A DNA stretch of 33,127 nucleotides from Octopus bimaculoides (Eukaryota): NCBI RefSeq assembly GCF_001194135.2, contig NC_068982.1, positions 168,089,783-168,122,909 on the forward strand, written 5' to 3'. The translations under genes and the position numbers were made by a program. The notes under the pieces are model-generated. The model made no database searches, was not told where the DNA came from, and was given only the letters and a program-made list of their open reading frames with translations. Shown piece by piece: positions 11,721 to 23,370 of this stretch. The first letter of the stretch is position 1. Each line of letters starts with the position of its first letter.

Positions 11721-13028
11721 GTATGGAGCTACTCCATAGAAATATATATTTCGATGGCTAGCAACATATTCCTGTGAAATATAAATGAAATCAAATAAAA
11801 ATATTTCTATGTTGAATTAGTTTCGGCAATTTTTCAGACAGTATTTCGTGACTCCATATAAAGTTCTTGATGATAGAAAATTAAAAACTACTTCACTGTT
11901 CTGTTCGACAATAGTGACTGTACTCGCAATTGTCGGATCGGGTTGCTTCAGGATAGAATTGGAAAAAATAGCGGTGATTCAGTTAGATCATTTGTATACA
12001 GTACACGAAAACATTGTCTAAATATATTTGTATCATTCCAGAAAGTAAATAAATAAATAACTCACGCTTCTTTGATTTGTGCTCTATTAGCATAAGTTGA
12101 TTGTCAAGTTAGAAGGTCGTGAACATATCTCAGTCGAATCTATAATGCATTTCGCACAGCAAACGTCCTGAAAAGCCAATTATTAAACTCAAATGCATGA
12201 AATATTCGGTTGAATATTTTTACACAACTTCAATGCCAAAACTATACAAAAATAAATAAAAGAAGAACGAAATGCTGCTCACACAAATCAAAAATACACA
12301 TTAAATCTAAAAGAGTAAGGAAAAACAATACGAATTCGATTACTATTCGATCTGCCAGATACTGTTGTTGTCCTGATTTTTATCTTCGAAGTTAAAGAAT
12401 TCACTGCTACAATTTCTTATTTTCAATGTGTTAAAAGTATTGCACGTGATACTTTTGACAAATTGTTCCTGGTGAATTTTTCAAATGGGTGCTACTATTC
12501 CAGCAGATATTGAGTAGGGCAGAGGCGGTTATTTTGTTGGCAATTCGAAGAACTTACACATCAAATGCAATAGAGATAAAATTGTAATACGAAAAATGAT
12601 AAAGTAACTCAATAGAGGAAGAAATTGCACTAAATATCGATTAGTTTCTCAGATATAATACTACACGTTAACAGAAAGGAAGAAATGAGATATGACATTC
12701 ATTCCTTCCTAAAGAACTTTAGTGCCCATCACTTTTGAACAGTAATATCTCAATTTCTATATATCTATATTCTATATATCTGATTTTTCTAAACCGTGAA
12801 AACGCTTAATTTCGTCGATGGAATGAACTGATTTTGGGAGTTGCAGATAAGAGCATGAAATAAGTAATGCATAGTAGATACATATTTTAACCTGTTGAAG
12901 CATGTTATGATGGATGCAATGTTTTCAAAACAAATGTATGTAACCACAACATTAAGAGCGTTGAAAAGCTTGTATTTTTGTGTGCTTTAGAAGGAAGTTT
13001 AAAATGTAATGCTAGAAAAAATCGGTGA

Positions 13029-13161
13029 TTTGAAAATAGATACTGGAGCGTAGTTTACAAATTTTCCCGCGCGTTACTGTAATGGACTATCCTATATATG
13101 GAAAATTGTCGCAGCAGGTGTTGTTGTTAAGGTTATTTAGTGTTACTACCGGAAGGTGAGA
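13029..13161 (+). promoter_or_regulatory. Putative promoter and non-coding first exon with CHR/E2F/ETS-like motifs
   Basis: TTTGAA 13029-13034, TTTTCCCGCG 13062-13071, ACCGGAAG 13148-13155 followed directly by donor AAG|gtgaga at 13156. Locally CpG-richer. Confidence 0.4.
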
Positions 13162-13369
13162 AAAATGTGGTGCTTTTCTTGCTACCTATTCCCGTACTAG
13201 TAAATTTGTGAGTATATGAATACTTATTTAATTTTATGCATGTTTTTATCTAAGAGTGATTGAGCTTTCATTTAGTTTTAATTCCTATCTGAAGCTATTT
13301 TACTTCAATTAATAACTAAATATTTTGTTATACGCGTAAATACGAAAATGTAAGTTATATTCTGTTTAA

Positions 13370-14092
13370 ATCCTATAACTCGGGTGGAGGCCATGAAGAG
13401 GCTGCGCAGTAAAATCGTGAGAAGGTGACTGACTGTCTCCCCAACATTCAATTCAGTCAATCTGAACAATAAGACCTTTAAGCTATGTCCAACACTTTCG
13501 TCATTGGTTGAGGAATCGAAAGCCATTAAGGCAGAGTAATCAGCGTCTATCTTAGGATAAGAATTGCATACGCCAACCAGACCATAAAGAGGAAGCACCA
13601 GGAAGCTGTGAAGGAAGTGGAAATATACAGGAGGCACCATGAAATTGTTGGTGTAGTCTGTGAAGAGCGGTCAGGTTTTGGCAACTACAGCACGAAGAGG
13701 TGGATAAACACCGATACCAAGTTCATGAGAGAGATAATAGGTAAAAGCGTCCCAAATTAAACTGGAGATCACCGAGAGAAGACAGTAAGGCTTTTTCCCA
13801 CAGTGACAATGGATTTAGTAGGACCGGGCACTCGAGAATTGACAGTCCTAAAAGGGACTGTGAAGTACAGAGTGAGGAAAATTGTCCTTCCTCTTGCATG
13901 CTGTCCATGATCTCTTCCCTCAAATAACCTTGATATATGGGGAACAGAGGAAGATCCACCTTGCAATTTGTGCAACGTTCTTTGTACCCTGAAATGCATT
14001 TTGGCAAGAAGCCTTAAAGCACAGGAAGAAGGCCGATTCAATATGACAAGTTCCTCGCAAAAATCTGCAAATGGACAGGTTTGCAAATGTGT
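13370..14092 (+). mobile_element. Hero/NeSL-like non-LTR retrotransposon fragment (post-RT linker and zinc-knuckle region)
   Basis: Peptides EAVKEVEIYRRHHEIVGVVCEERSGFGNY, KLSFLLHAVHDL and WGTEEDPPCNLCNVLCTLKCILARSLKAQEEGRF match the pattern SFLLRxVYDxLP..WG...CxLC...TLxHIL..C..AL.xGRY.WRHD. Frameshifted. Confidence 0.78.
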
Positions 14093-14105
14093 AAGGCTCT
14101 TTCTA

Positions 14106-14107
<2 letters not shown>

Positions 14108-14142
<35 letters not shown>

Positions 14143-14719
14143 NNNNNNNNNNNNNNNNNNNNNNNNNNNNNNNNNNNNNNNNNNNNNNNNNNNNNNNNNN
14201 NNNNNNNNNNNNNNNNNNNNNNNNNNNNNNNNNNNNNNNNNNNNNNNNNNNNNNNNNNNNNNNNNNNNNNNNNNNNNNNNNNNNNNNNNNNNNNNNNNNN
14301 NNNNNNNNNNNNNNNNNNNNNNNNNNNNNNNNNNNNNNNNNNNNNNNNNNNNNNNNNNNNNNNNNNNNNNNNNNNNNNNNNNNNNNNNNNNNNNNNNNNN
14401 NNNNNNNNNNNNNNNNNNNNNNNNNNNNNNNNNNNNNNNNNNNNNNNNNNNNNNNNNNNNNNNNNNNNNNNNNNNNNNNNNNNNNNNNNNNNNNNNNNNN
14501 NNNNNNNNNNNNNNNNNNNNNNNNNNNNNNNNNNNNNNNNNNNNNNNNNNNNNNNNNNNNNNNNNNNNNNNNNNNNNNNNNNNNNNNNNNNNNNNNNNNN
14601 NNNNNNNNNNNNNNNNNNNNNNNNNNNNNNNNNNNNNNNNNNNNNNNNNNNNNNNNNNNNNNNNNNNNNNNNNNNNNNNNNNNNNNNNNNNNNNNNNNNN
14701 NNNNNNNNNNNNNNNNNNN
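14108..14719. other. (TA)n microsatellite followed by assembly gap 14143-14719
   Basis: Direct reading. Confidence 1.
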
Positions 14720-14943
14720 TGTGTGTATGTAGATTTAATCAAAAGACTAAACGTGGTACTTAAAATGTCTGTGGCACCAGAATTTGGTAGGGTAAACACC
14801 AAAAACAAAATCAAGATATTTGGTGAATTAAATTTGAAGAAAAGCAACAAAAATGTATTAGGTTATAACAGTACGTACGTTTCGTACAGACTTCATTTAT
14901 TTATGTTGTGAGAACACCACATATGATGTGCAATGAAAATGTA

Positions 14944-15160
14944 CTCCTCAGCTGCATAATGGAAGTTCATTTCAGAAAGTCATTTTGTTAATGTGTGCAA
15001 ATACAAGAGTAAGAGATGAAGAGAATACCATCTTGACTGAGCTGATAATAAACAGTCAACAGCCCAGTCAATATGGTATTCTCTTCATCTCCTACTCTTG
15101 TATTTGCACACATTTACAAAATGACTTCCTGAAATGAACTTCCATTATGCAGCTGAGGAG
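14944..15160. mobile_element. Palindromic MITE (TA-flanked, Tc1/mariner-like)
   Basis: 101-bp arms 14944-15044 and 15060-15160 with 5 mismatches and a 15-nt loop; TA on both sides. Confidence 0.88.
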
Positions 15161-15169
15161 TACAGCGCA

Positions 15170-16200
15170 TGTAGGCCAAGCAATCTCAACCCATCTGAAC
15201 GACAAGGATAAATTTCACAATGATTATTACAAACGTATTCAAATGAATCGGTCAAAGTATAACTGTTAATAACACCCAAGTATTAGCCTTACAGGAAGCT
15301 AAACAAAGAAAATATTTATAACCATTGAAACGCCAACGTCACGGCTATATTTGAAGAACTGGTCAGGAATATCGTAAGAAGTATCTCTCATATACCAGTA
15401 GATACAAGGATAGCTAACAGGTTTGTAGTCCATTATAAGATACTAAATTGGAGACGCTTTAATAATAAATTAGTGTACATGAATGATCACTCACCCTATC
15501 TCCAAACATGAAAAGAGTTCGAACGAGAAAGGTAATCGTTCACGTATTCATTCAACCTAGATATTTCCTCTGATATGGCTGGGAGCTTGCTGACGCTAAT
15601 TAGAAAGCATTTCCCGAGAACATATAAATTTCCAAGCTCTTTAATTCCTATAATCTCAACGTCAAGGTAAGTTATACATGCTTGGCAAATATCGCTTCTA
15701 ACATAGCACGACGCATCAATCCTAGACAATATTCTCTGCACAGTCCAAACCGTATCTGCTGAAATCCTAGCAATTGCTAACTTGGAATATCTTTCTTTAC
15801 AAAAGTTTCAGTGTATATAGCTATCCTCACAATACCAGCTGACATTACGAGAAACTACATAGACATAACATGTAACGTTTAAAGAGTAAATATACACAAA
15901 AGCAGGTTAACTTTCCATGCGGTAATTTTTGTCACTGAAATATGATACCCTACAGAATACCGAATAACTGACGGAAACAATCTGCCTAATTATCACGTGG
16001 AATATGTAATGAAAGTATCGTAACAAGCAAACGAAATACCTGAATGACCTGAAATGACCAATACCTTTTTTCAATCTTTTAAAATGTTCTTTTAACTTCT
16101 CTCCACCCTGATTCAAATCGTCTGCTGATGTGAATGTGTTCTGCAGCTACGGATCTTTAAGATGTAGGTGTGCAAAACTGCCATAAAAACGCCCAAAAAT
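15170..16200 (+). mobile_element. Penelope-like element remnant (RT thumb, linker, GIY-YIG region)
   Basis: Peptides PYRKLNKENIYNH (PYRKPN..SNHP), LLTLIRKHFPRTYK, SKLFNSYNLNVKVSYTCLANIASNI (KIFNRNxVKVSYSCMxN) and NYIDITCNV (YIG). Many stops and frameshifts. Confidence 0.8.
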
Positions 16201-16267
16201 GTGCTATCTTCATTTGTTCATTCACTTATATTTGTATAGACACCCTCACACACAAACACTCCCCATT

Positions 16268-16273
16268 CATATA

Positions 16274-16313
<40 letters not shown>

Positions 16314-16327
16314 NNNNNNNNNNNNNN

Positions 16328-16368
<41 letters not shown>
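16268..16368. repeat. (TA)n, 14-N gap (16314-16327), (GA)n
   Basis: Direct reading. Confidence 0.95.
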
Positions 16369-16370
<2 letters not shown>

Positions 16371-16849
16371 AAGAGAGAAGCTTATAAGCTGTTATGCAGA
16401 TAAGCTAAACAAGTGTGTATCAATTATCTTCAAGACGGCCATACCTGCAAAGATTATCCCGCACAGGCAACGCAACATCTACCTGCCAGGCAAGAGTCCA
16501 CCAGAATATACAACTCACATCTCCCTCTTCCAGTCTCAGAATTTTTTTATAGTAATCGTTGCTTAATATCATTCGCTAAACCTGTACATCAAATATGTGT
16601 TGACTTTACACAAATTCTATTGTAAGGTGAGATCATGGCTGGATTCCAGATGCCAAAGACCTTAAATTTACGTGCGTTCCATAGAAGGTTCCCGTTCCCC
16701 AAAATGAAGCACTACAAAAATGCATGCATCCAGACGCATAAGGTACTGTTACATTCCACCCCAAAATGAAACTAGGACAATATATTTGTAAAAATGACGG
16801 TGTTACTAAACCAGATCTAAACGTTCGTTTAAGCGTATATTTGTGTTTT

Positions 16850-18030
16850 CATGGATTTGTGTGGGAGAATGACTTCTTTTCAGTGTAACGATGGTACTAA
16901 GACTATCCATTTGCTTAATGATCTTGATCCCTATTTGTGATTCTTTTGAGGGACATTCCTGTTGTGTGTTTTTTTATTGACGTTCCTGTTGCTGTTGTTT
17001 GGTATTAGTTTTGCCATTGCCGCAGCTGCAGGTATACTAATCGCTGCTGAAGTTGGGGCTGTTGCAAGTTGACTTTAATGTTGCTGTGCTTCTTGAGTTA
17101 GTAATAATTAAAATCTTCCTATTTTGTCCTGGGTTGAAGATTGAATTCTTTTAGTCGGATGGTGACAACACATATTGCACTAAGGTGTCCTGCCTTCTAC
17201 TGTCACAAATCTGGTCGTTCGATCAGCTTCAGGATGCTTTCAAGCTTTCATGAATCATGTAGATAAGAAGATCCATAGGTGACCCGAGTTCATAGGGGTC
17301 ACTGATTCTGTTCCAAGATGCCACGTGCATTTATACTGCTTATTCTGAGGAAGAATATGTTTGTCAGAGAGGAGAATGAATAAAATCACTTACCCTATTC
17401 CTGTAGAGAGACAAATTTTCTGTCCTCCCGTCTATTTGGGGGTAACATTTCTTTATACAATCTTTTATTTGTGGTCCCACGGAAATCAACAATTGCTTTG
17501 GGATATTTTACCTTCAGTTTCTTGTAAGTTTGTTGCATTGGTTTTATAATTATTATGTGGATAGGAGCGTTGTACGGGGGTGCAATATATTGACTTAGTG
17601 TAATTTTGAATATATTTTATTAAATTCTTGTTGTTTGTGTGTATGGTCGTCTAATTCATGATGTCTTGGGAGTGTTTGTAATTGCCTTGGTGTATGGTGT
17701 GTAATTGCATGATAGTTTGTTGTATTCTGTATCTCCTCTTCTAGTCTTTCTCTTTTTAGTCTTGCACCATGCTTTTCACTTTGTAATTGTTTTCTTCTCC
17801 TTTCACCAGGATCCACGCTGGTGGGTTTCCAAGCATATTTTCTTTTAAAATATTAAATTTGCGAATTTAAATCTCTAAAATTTGCCCTTAAAGACCGAAT
17901 TTTCGCCACACCAGCTGCATCGCTTTCAGCGAGCTGCATTATTTAGTTAAGAGTTCAACCAAACTTGGAACACCGACTAATAAAACAATAAATTTTAAAG
18001 AAAACTTACGAATCACAAATACGCATCCAC
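16850..18030 (-). mobile_element. Probable decayed non-LTR ORF1 region with zinc knuckle
   Basis: Strong A/C strand bias on the minus strand. GHLSAIC (GHx4C half of a CCHC knuckle) at 17170-17190, followed by a Q/T/N-rich tract like the one at 8720-8960. Confidence 0.4.
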
Positions 18031-18057
18031 GTGTTCCAGACGTAAATAATAATAAAT

Positions 18058-18235
18058 GGAAGGGGGACTACTCGATTACATCGATCCCAGTGTTTAACTG
18101 GTACTTATTTCATCGACCCTGAAAGATTAAAAAGCATAATGGACCTTAGTGAAATTTGAACTCAGAACGTAAATTCGGGTGAAATGCCGCTACGTATTTT
18201 ACCCGGCGTGCTAAGGATTCTACAAGCTTGCCACC

Positions 18236-18236
<1 letters not shown>
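18058..18236 (+). mobile_element. SINE ending in an (AAT)n tail
   Basis: cgattacatcgatcccagtg...tggtacttatttcatcgaccctgaaag...tttgaactcagaacgtaaa...cccggcgtgctaaggattct. Confidence 0.88.
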
Positions 18237-18287
<51 letters not shown>

Positions 18288-18301
18288 TAAAAATAAAACT
18301 A

Positions 18302-18348
<47 letters not shown>

Positions 18349-18738
18349 GATCATGAAGAAAAAAATGCTTTCTAATTGTTGTACCAGCAGATGACAACGT
18401 TTCCCTAAAAGAAATGGAAAAACTTTCAAAATACAAAGACCTGGAAATAGAGGTAACTCGAATGTGGAATCTAAAAACAGAAACAATTCCTATCATAGTA
18501 GGTGCCTTAGGTATAATAAAAAAATATTCAGACAAATACATAACAAAAACACCAGGACTTACAGATATATATAACATACAGAAAATTGCACTACTGGGCA
18601 CTGCACACATTCTACGCAAAACACTTTCAATACAGTAAACATGAGAGCACCACAGCAAACCACAGCACATACCCAAGGCGCACAGAGCTGCGCTCGGTAG
18701 TGAAGTGAAAGCACGTTATAAAAATAAAACTACTGAAC
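18349..18738 (+). mobile_element. 5'-truncated R4/Dong non-LTR retrotransposon (restriction-like endonuclease and 3' UTR)
   Basis: KEMEKLSKYKDLEIEVTRMWNLKTETIPIIVGALG...IQKIALLGTAHILRKTLSIQ*. Flanked by (AAT)n at 18307-18348 and 18739-18801. Near-identical to 31811-32131. Confidence 0.9.
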
Positions 18739-18802
<64 letters not shown>

Positions 18803-19069
18803 TTTTAATTTGCCAGAGGTAACCTGAAGATAGGAACGATAAAAACACAAGAGTTTCAAAATGGAATAAGAACATTGTAGGTAGTGTTATGTTTTCTTAC
18901 AAATTGTTTGATAAAATGTAAGTTTAACGAGATAAGAATGCATAGAATTTGAAATGTACGATACACGGTACATTTAAAGTACAAAAGTCAATTAGTGTTT
19001 GCTTCTGGCAAAAGAAAGATTTCACTGTGAATACAGCACTGTAAAAGCATATCTGCGGTGATAAATGTA

Positions 19070-19643
19070 TGATTATATATATACACCTATCTATCCATCT
19101 TCCTCGCATACATGTTTGTGTGTGCATATATGTGTGTGTGCGCGTGTATATGTATGTATATGTACATTTGGTGTATGTATGTGTCTATCAATATGTATAC
19201 ACACACAGATATATACATATGGAGAGAAAGAGGTTGAGAGAGAAAGACTGCGAAATTTCACCGTACTATTTTTTTCTAAACATATCGCACGAACATAAGA
19301 TGTCATGAATTGCATGTGTAAATACATATATACATACATGTATAGATCCGTACAGGCGTATATACACACGTATTCATACCCACATCCACTCAGATATATG
19401 TATACATTGTGTGTCTATGCATATTCGATTATATATGTAATTGTATTTAATTTCAATAAACACACTAATGTGCACAAGAAGATAGGTAAATATTTACATT
19501 ATGTTAGTTAAATGCGCTCCTATTTATGTAAACAATTTTATATTAGTGTGGGTCCGTATGTGCGCGCGCACGAGTGCATGCGTGAGTGCGTGTGTGTGTG
19601 TGGATTTGAATGTGAGCGTGGGTGAGTGTGTGCAAAGAGAAAA

Positions 19644-19685
<42 letters not shown>

Positions 19686-19907
19686 GAGAGAGAGAGAGTG
19701 CGAGAGAGTGACAAATACGTTGAATGAAAATTATCAGGTAACTCTTACATATACATGTAAACTTTTTCTGATACATAAATGAATCTTCATGTACATTCCA
19801 CAATTACCTGCATTGTCTGCAACCGATGCTGCACTAGGGCGAACGCAATATACTTTCAAGAACGGAATCAAATAATAGTGGTGGTCGTGAATTCAATGTA
19901 CTCGAGG

Positions 19908-19960
<53 letters not shown>
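19070..19960. repeat. Cluster of (TA/TG/CA), (GT), (GA) and (CA) microsatellites
   Basis: Direct reading; pure (CA)n at about 19912-19958 and (GA)n at about 19647-19698. Confidence 0.9.
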
Positions 19961-19962
<2 letters not shown>

Positions 19963-20484
19963 CGATGTGCATTGCCATTCGTTTAATCCTACTGGCAAAG
20001 GATACAATCTATACAAGTAAACATTAAAAAGATTTCAATAATTGCGCTCAAAATATTTAATGTTTCTTACGACTTGCGTTCACCAGTGAAAAAGATAAAG
20101 AGAACAGTCCACAAATGACCGTTATTTATAGAGGCTAGATAGCTTAAGATTCGCAGGAAAAGATGGTACGTGATATCATTTCTATGGAACCTGAGGAAAT
20201 AGATTGCGCTTACATCTTCCTCGCAGTTGTGTTAGTCATAAGAGTATTTGTTCATTAGTATCTTATTGGAACAGCAATTAACTATTTATTTCTATATGAA
20301 CAAATTTTGCTACCCAAGGGCTGGATATTGCGCAGCAAAACCTCTAAAATGCGTTGATGTCTCATTTACTTTCCGTGGCTTTCGACCCACAAAGATTAAT
20401 ATACTTCCACTTGTGTCACACAGAGAATAATGTACCCGTGCGTATTAATGAGTTAATGCTTAGAAATATTTCATTTTAAGTGAG

Positions 20485-21100
20485 CACACGTGAGTGTGTT
20501 TGTGTGTGTGTGCATGTGTATGTGTGTGTGTGTGTGTGTGTGCATGTGTATGTGTGTGTGTGTGTGCGTGTGTGTGTATGTGTGTGTGTGTGTATAAATA
20601 AATAGATAGNNNNNNNNNNNNNNNNNNNNNNNNNNNNNNNNNNNNNNNNNNNNNNNNNNNNNNNNNNNNNNNNNNNNNNNNNNNNNNNNNNNNNNNNNNN
20701 NNNNNNNNNNNNNNNNNNNNNNNNNNNNNNNNNNNNNNNNNNNNNNNNNNNNNNNNNNNNNNNNNNNNNNNNNNNNNNNNNNNNNNNNNNNNNNNNNNNN
20801 NNNNNNNNNNNNNNNNNNNNNNNNNNNNNNNNNNNNNNNNNNNNNNNNNNNNNNNNNNNNNNNNNNNNNNNNNNNNNNNNNNNNNNNNNNNNNNNNNNNN
20901 NNNNNNNNNNNNNNNNNNNNNNNNNNNNNNNNNNNNNNNNNNNNNNNNNNNNNNNNNNNNNNNNNNNNNNNNNNNNNNNNNNNNNNNNNNNNNNNNNNNN
21001 NNNNNNNNNNNNNNNNNNNNNNNNNNNNNNNNNNNNNNNNNNNNNNNNNNNNNNNNNNNNNNNNNNNNNNNNNTGGTCATTCATGACTGAAAGGTGTCAT

Positions 21101-21145
<45 letters not shown>
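20485..21145. other. (GT)n tract, assembly gap 20610-21073, and (TA)n at about 21103-21144
   Basis: Direct reading. Confidence 0.97.
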
Positions 21146-21148
<3 letters not shown>

Positions 21149-22030
21149 AAATTCAAATAAGTTATCATTATCTTTAGAAAATGATAATAAAGTGGCAAAT
21201 ATAATCCAAATAAGCAAAATATATATTAAAAGTCAGTGTACAATATGCACCTGTTTGCTTGAAAGAAGGGTTTAAACTCTCCGAAACCACGCATCTCTCA
21301 CTATATGTAAACACGTACGGAGTGTGTAGCAAATATTCTAAAATGAACAGTCGGCCCCATTTGTAAAACTACAAAGAGGTGAGTAGATATCCCAGTATCA
21401 ATTGATTCTGTTTTCTGTGCCGAATTGACACTTAAAGCTTACTACAGAAACTATTTTAAAAAATATATTCACCATTCTGTGCGCATCTCTTCAGCTGAAG
21501 GCCGCATGATTTACAAACCAACAGACGCGCACGAAATGGTAAATATATCTTTTTAAATAGTTTACGTAGTAAACCTAACTGATGAGCTTAATTGTCAATT
21601 CGATACAGAAAGCGAAATAATTTGATACTGGGATATCTACCCTCCCCTTTGTAGTTTAACAAATGGGGCGAATGTTTTTTTAGTATATTTGCTACATTCT
21701 TCGTGCGTGTCTACATATGGTGAGAAATACGTGACTTTGGAGAGTTTTAACTCTTCTTTTCTAGCAAACAGGTGAAAATTGTACCCTGACTTTTAATATG
21801 TGTGTGTGTGAGTGTACATGTTAATTTTATATATACACTTTAGCGAATCGCTAAATGGCGAGCGGGTCTGAAAGGAGCCGAAAAATCGAGACAACGAAAA
21901 TTACCGAAACTGATGTCAGTATTAAGAATTGACGATCGGCACCTTTCGGACTCTTATGGTCCCTGTTAGTGTATATATTTTTTATTCATGGGCGTTAACT
22001 ACAGCATTAGAACGGTTTAGCTCTTATTTC

Positions 22031-22607
22031 GGATCTTTTTTAAAACGGGGGCCACATTTTTCATTAACGAAACACTTTGAAACTTGGAACACTGGTAGAA
22101 TGTGTCATATAAAAAATCTTTTTCTCTTAGTCTTCTTTAAAAAAAAAGAAATCCCTAAGTTATTCCATGTTAAAGTTGTCGTATTTCTGTAATTTCAACC
22201 AATCACTGACGTCCATTCAGCCGATATACATTAAGTGCCGACTACATAAACAAACGATTCTGAAACAATTCTATCGGTGATAGGGTTAGGGTTAGGGTAA
22301 AACAGCAAATTTAAAAAGAAAAAAGCACATAAAACGAAGAAAAAAAAAGAAAATGAAAAAAGCAAATAAAACGAAGCTATGGCTTAATCAGCCAAAGGAG
22401 TAAATGTAAACAACTGAATACTTGTCAGTGATTGGTTGAAATTATCGAAATAAGACAATTTTTACATGAAATAAATTCGAATACAAAAATGTTTTTCTGT
22501 TCTATAACACAAAATAGATAAGTATACGAAGTTTGAAAGTCTTTCGGTACCAAAAACACTACGTAAAACATTAATGAAAAAAGTGGCCCCCGTTTTAAAA
22601 AAGATCC
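22031..22607. mobile_element. 577-bp non-autonomous DNA transposon, Merlin-like (hAT not excluded)
   Basis: TIR GGATCTTTTTTAAAACGGGGGCCAC(A/T)TTTTTCATTAA at both ends, exact 8-bp TSD CTTATTTC (22023-22030 and 22608-22615), imperfect inner arms (tttcaaccaatcactgac / gtcagtgattggttgaaa), internal TAGGGTTAGGGTTAGGGT. Confidence 0.9.
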
Positions 22608-22983
22608 CTTATTTCTAGCAATGTAAGTTTTTCTTAACACCCTAGTCATATTTAGTGACAATTATAATTCTCCTTTTTGGTGAAACATTCATATACACAC
22701 ATATGTATATATATGTATGAATGCATGTATGCATATATGTATGTATATGTGTGCGCACGCGTGTATGCGTGCGTGTGCTCGCGCACGAACATGTGTCTAG
22801 ACATGAAAGCTGTCTAAATGGATTGGAATTGAAATTATAGTTTTCACAGCTCCCCTAATAGTATTATTGTGAAGAATTAAATTAACTGGCATTCGCCGAA
22901 AATCACAAACGCGTTAAGCACTGTACGTTTGCCAGAAACTGTTCAGTATTCACCATTTTGTATGAAATAAATATCAATTATAT

Positions 22984-23370
22984 ATGACAGAATATTGCTC
23001 TGACATCTGGGAGGGTTCTGCTGCTGTACACACCGACGAACCTAATTTCAGTCAGAAAAACGCTATTTGTTGTAAAGTCACTTGCAGACACACTCTAATA
23101 TTTGGCCCACAAGCGCGCTACCTTTTCTCTCTGATTTTTCTATCGCTACTATCTGGTGTTTTGGAGCTGGCTGGACTTGTGATAACTCTACTCAGACATT
23201 ACTCACCCACTTTGCTTTCTTCTTTTCATTCCCCTTGATGTGTCTAACCCTTTAAGCCCCACACTAATCATTACACCGAGTCCTTTTTATTCTCAGAATG
23301 TCGACCTTCTGAAATTCCCAACCGCTTGTGTTCACTTCCAAACATTCAAGGCACGAAACATACTGATGGA
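22984..23370 (+). mobile_element. CR1/L2/Jockey-group LINE 3' fragment
   Basis: EYCSDIWEGSAAVH...QKNAI...LSLLSGVLELAGL resembles the post-RT motif EYCSHIWxG...QxKAIRLI...LFYRYYxG..SxEL. Confidence 0.65.

Noticed and set aside
15328-15385. Ras-like G5 helix NANVTAIFEELVRNI
   Set aside because: It lies in frame after PYRKLN...NH of the Penelope RT thumb, and no G1-G4 motifs are nearby.
15496-15807. About 100-codon minus-strand ORF that looked like a host exon
   Set aside because: It is the antisense of the Penelope-like remnant, whose motifs are on the plus strand.
16519-16572. DnaJ-like MILSNDYYKKILRLEEGD exon
   Set aside because: The next exon is closed by stops in all frames and there is no HPD motif.
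22281-22298. Telomere or chromosome-fusion relic
   Set aside because: Only about three units, and they lie inside a TSD-bounded transposon.
23200-23320. Minus-strand exon with a gtgagt donor
   Set aside because: It falls within the antisense strand of a LINE 3' fragment.
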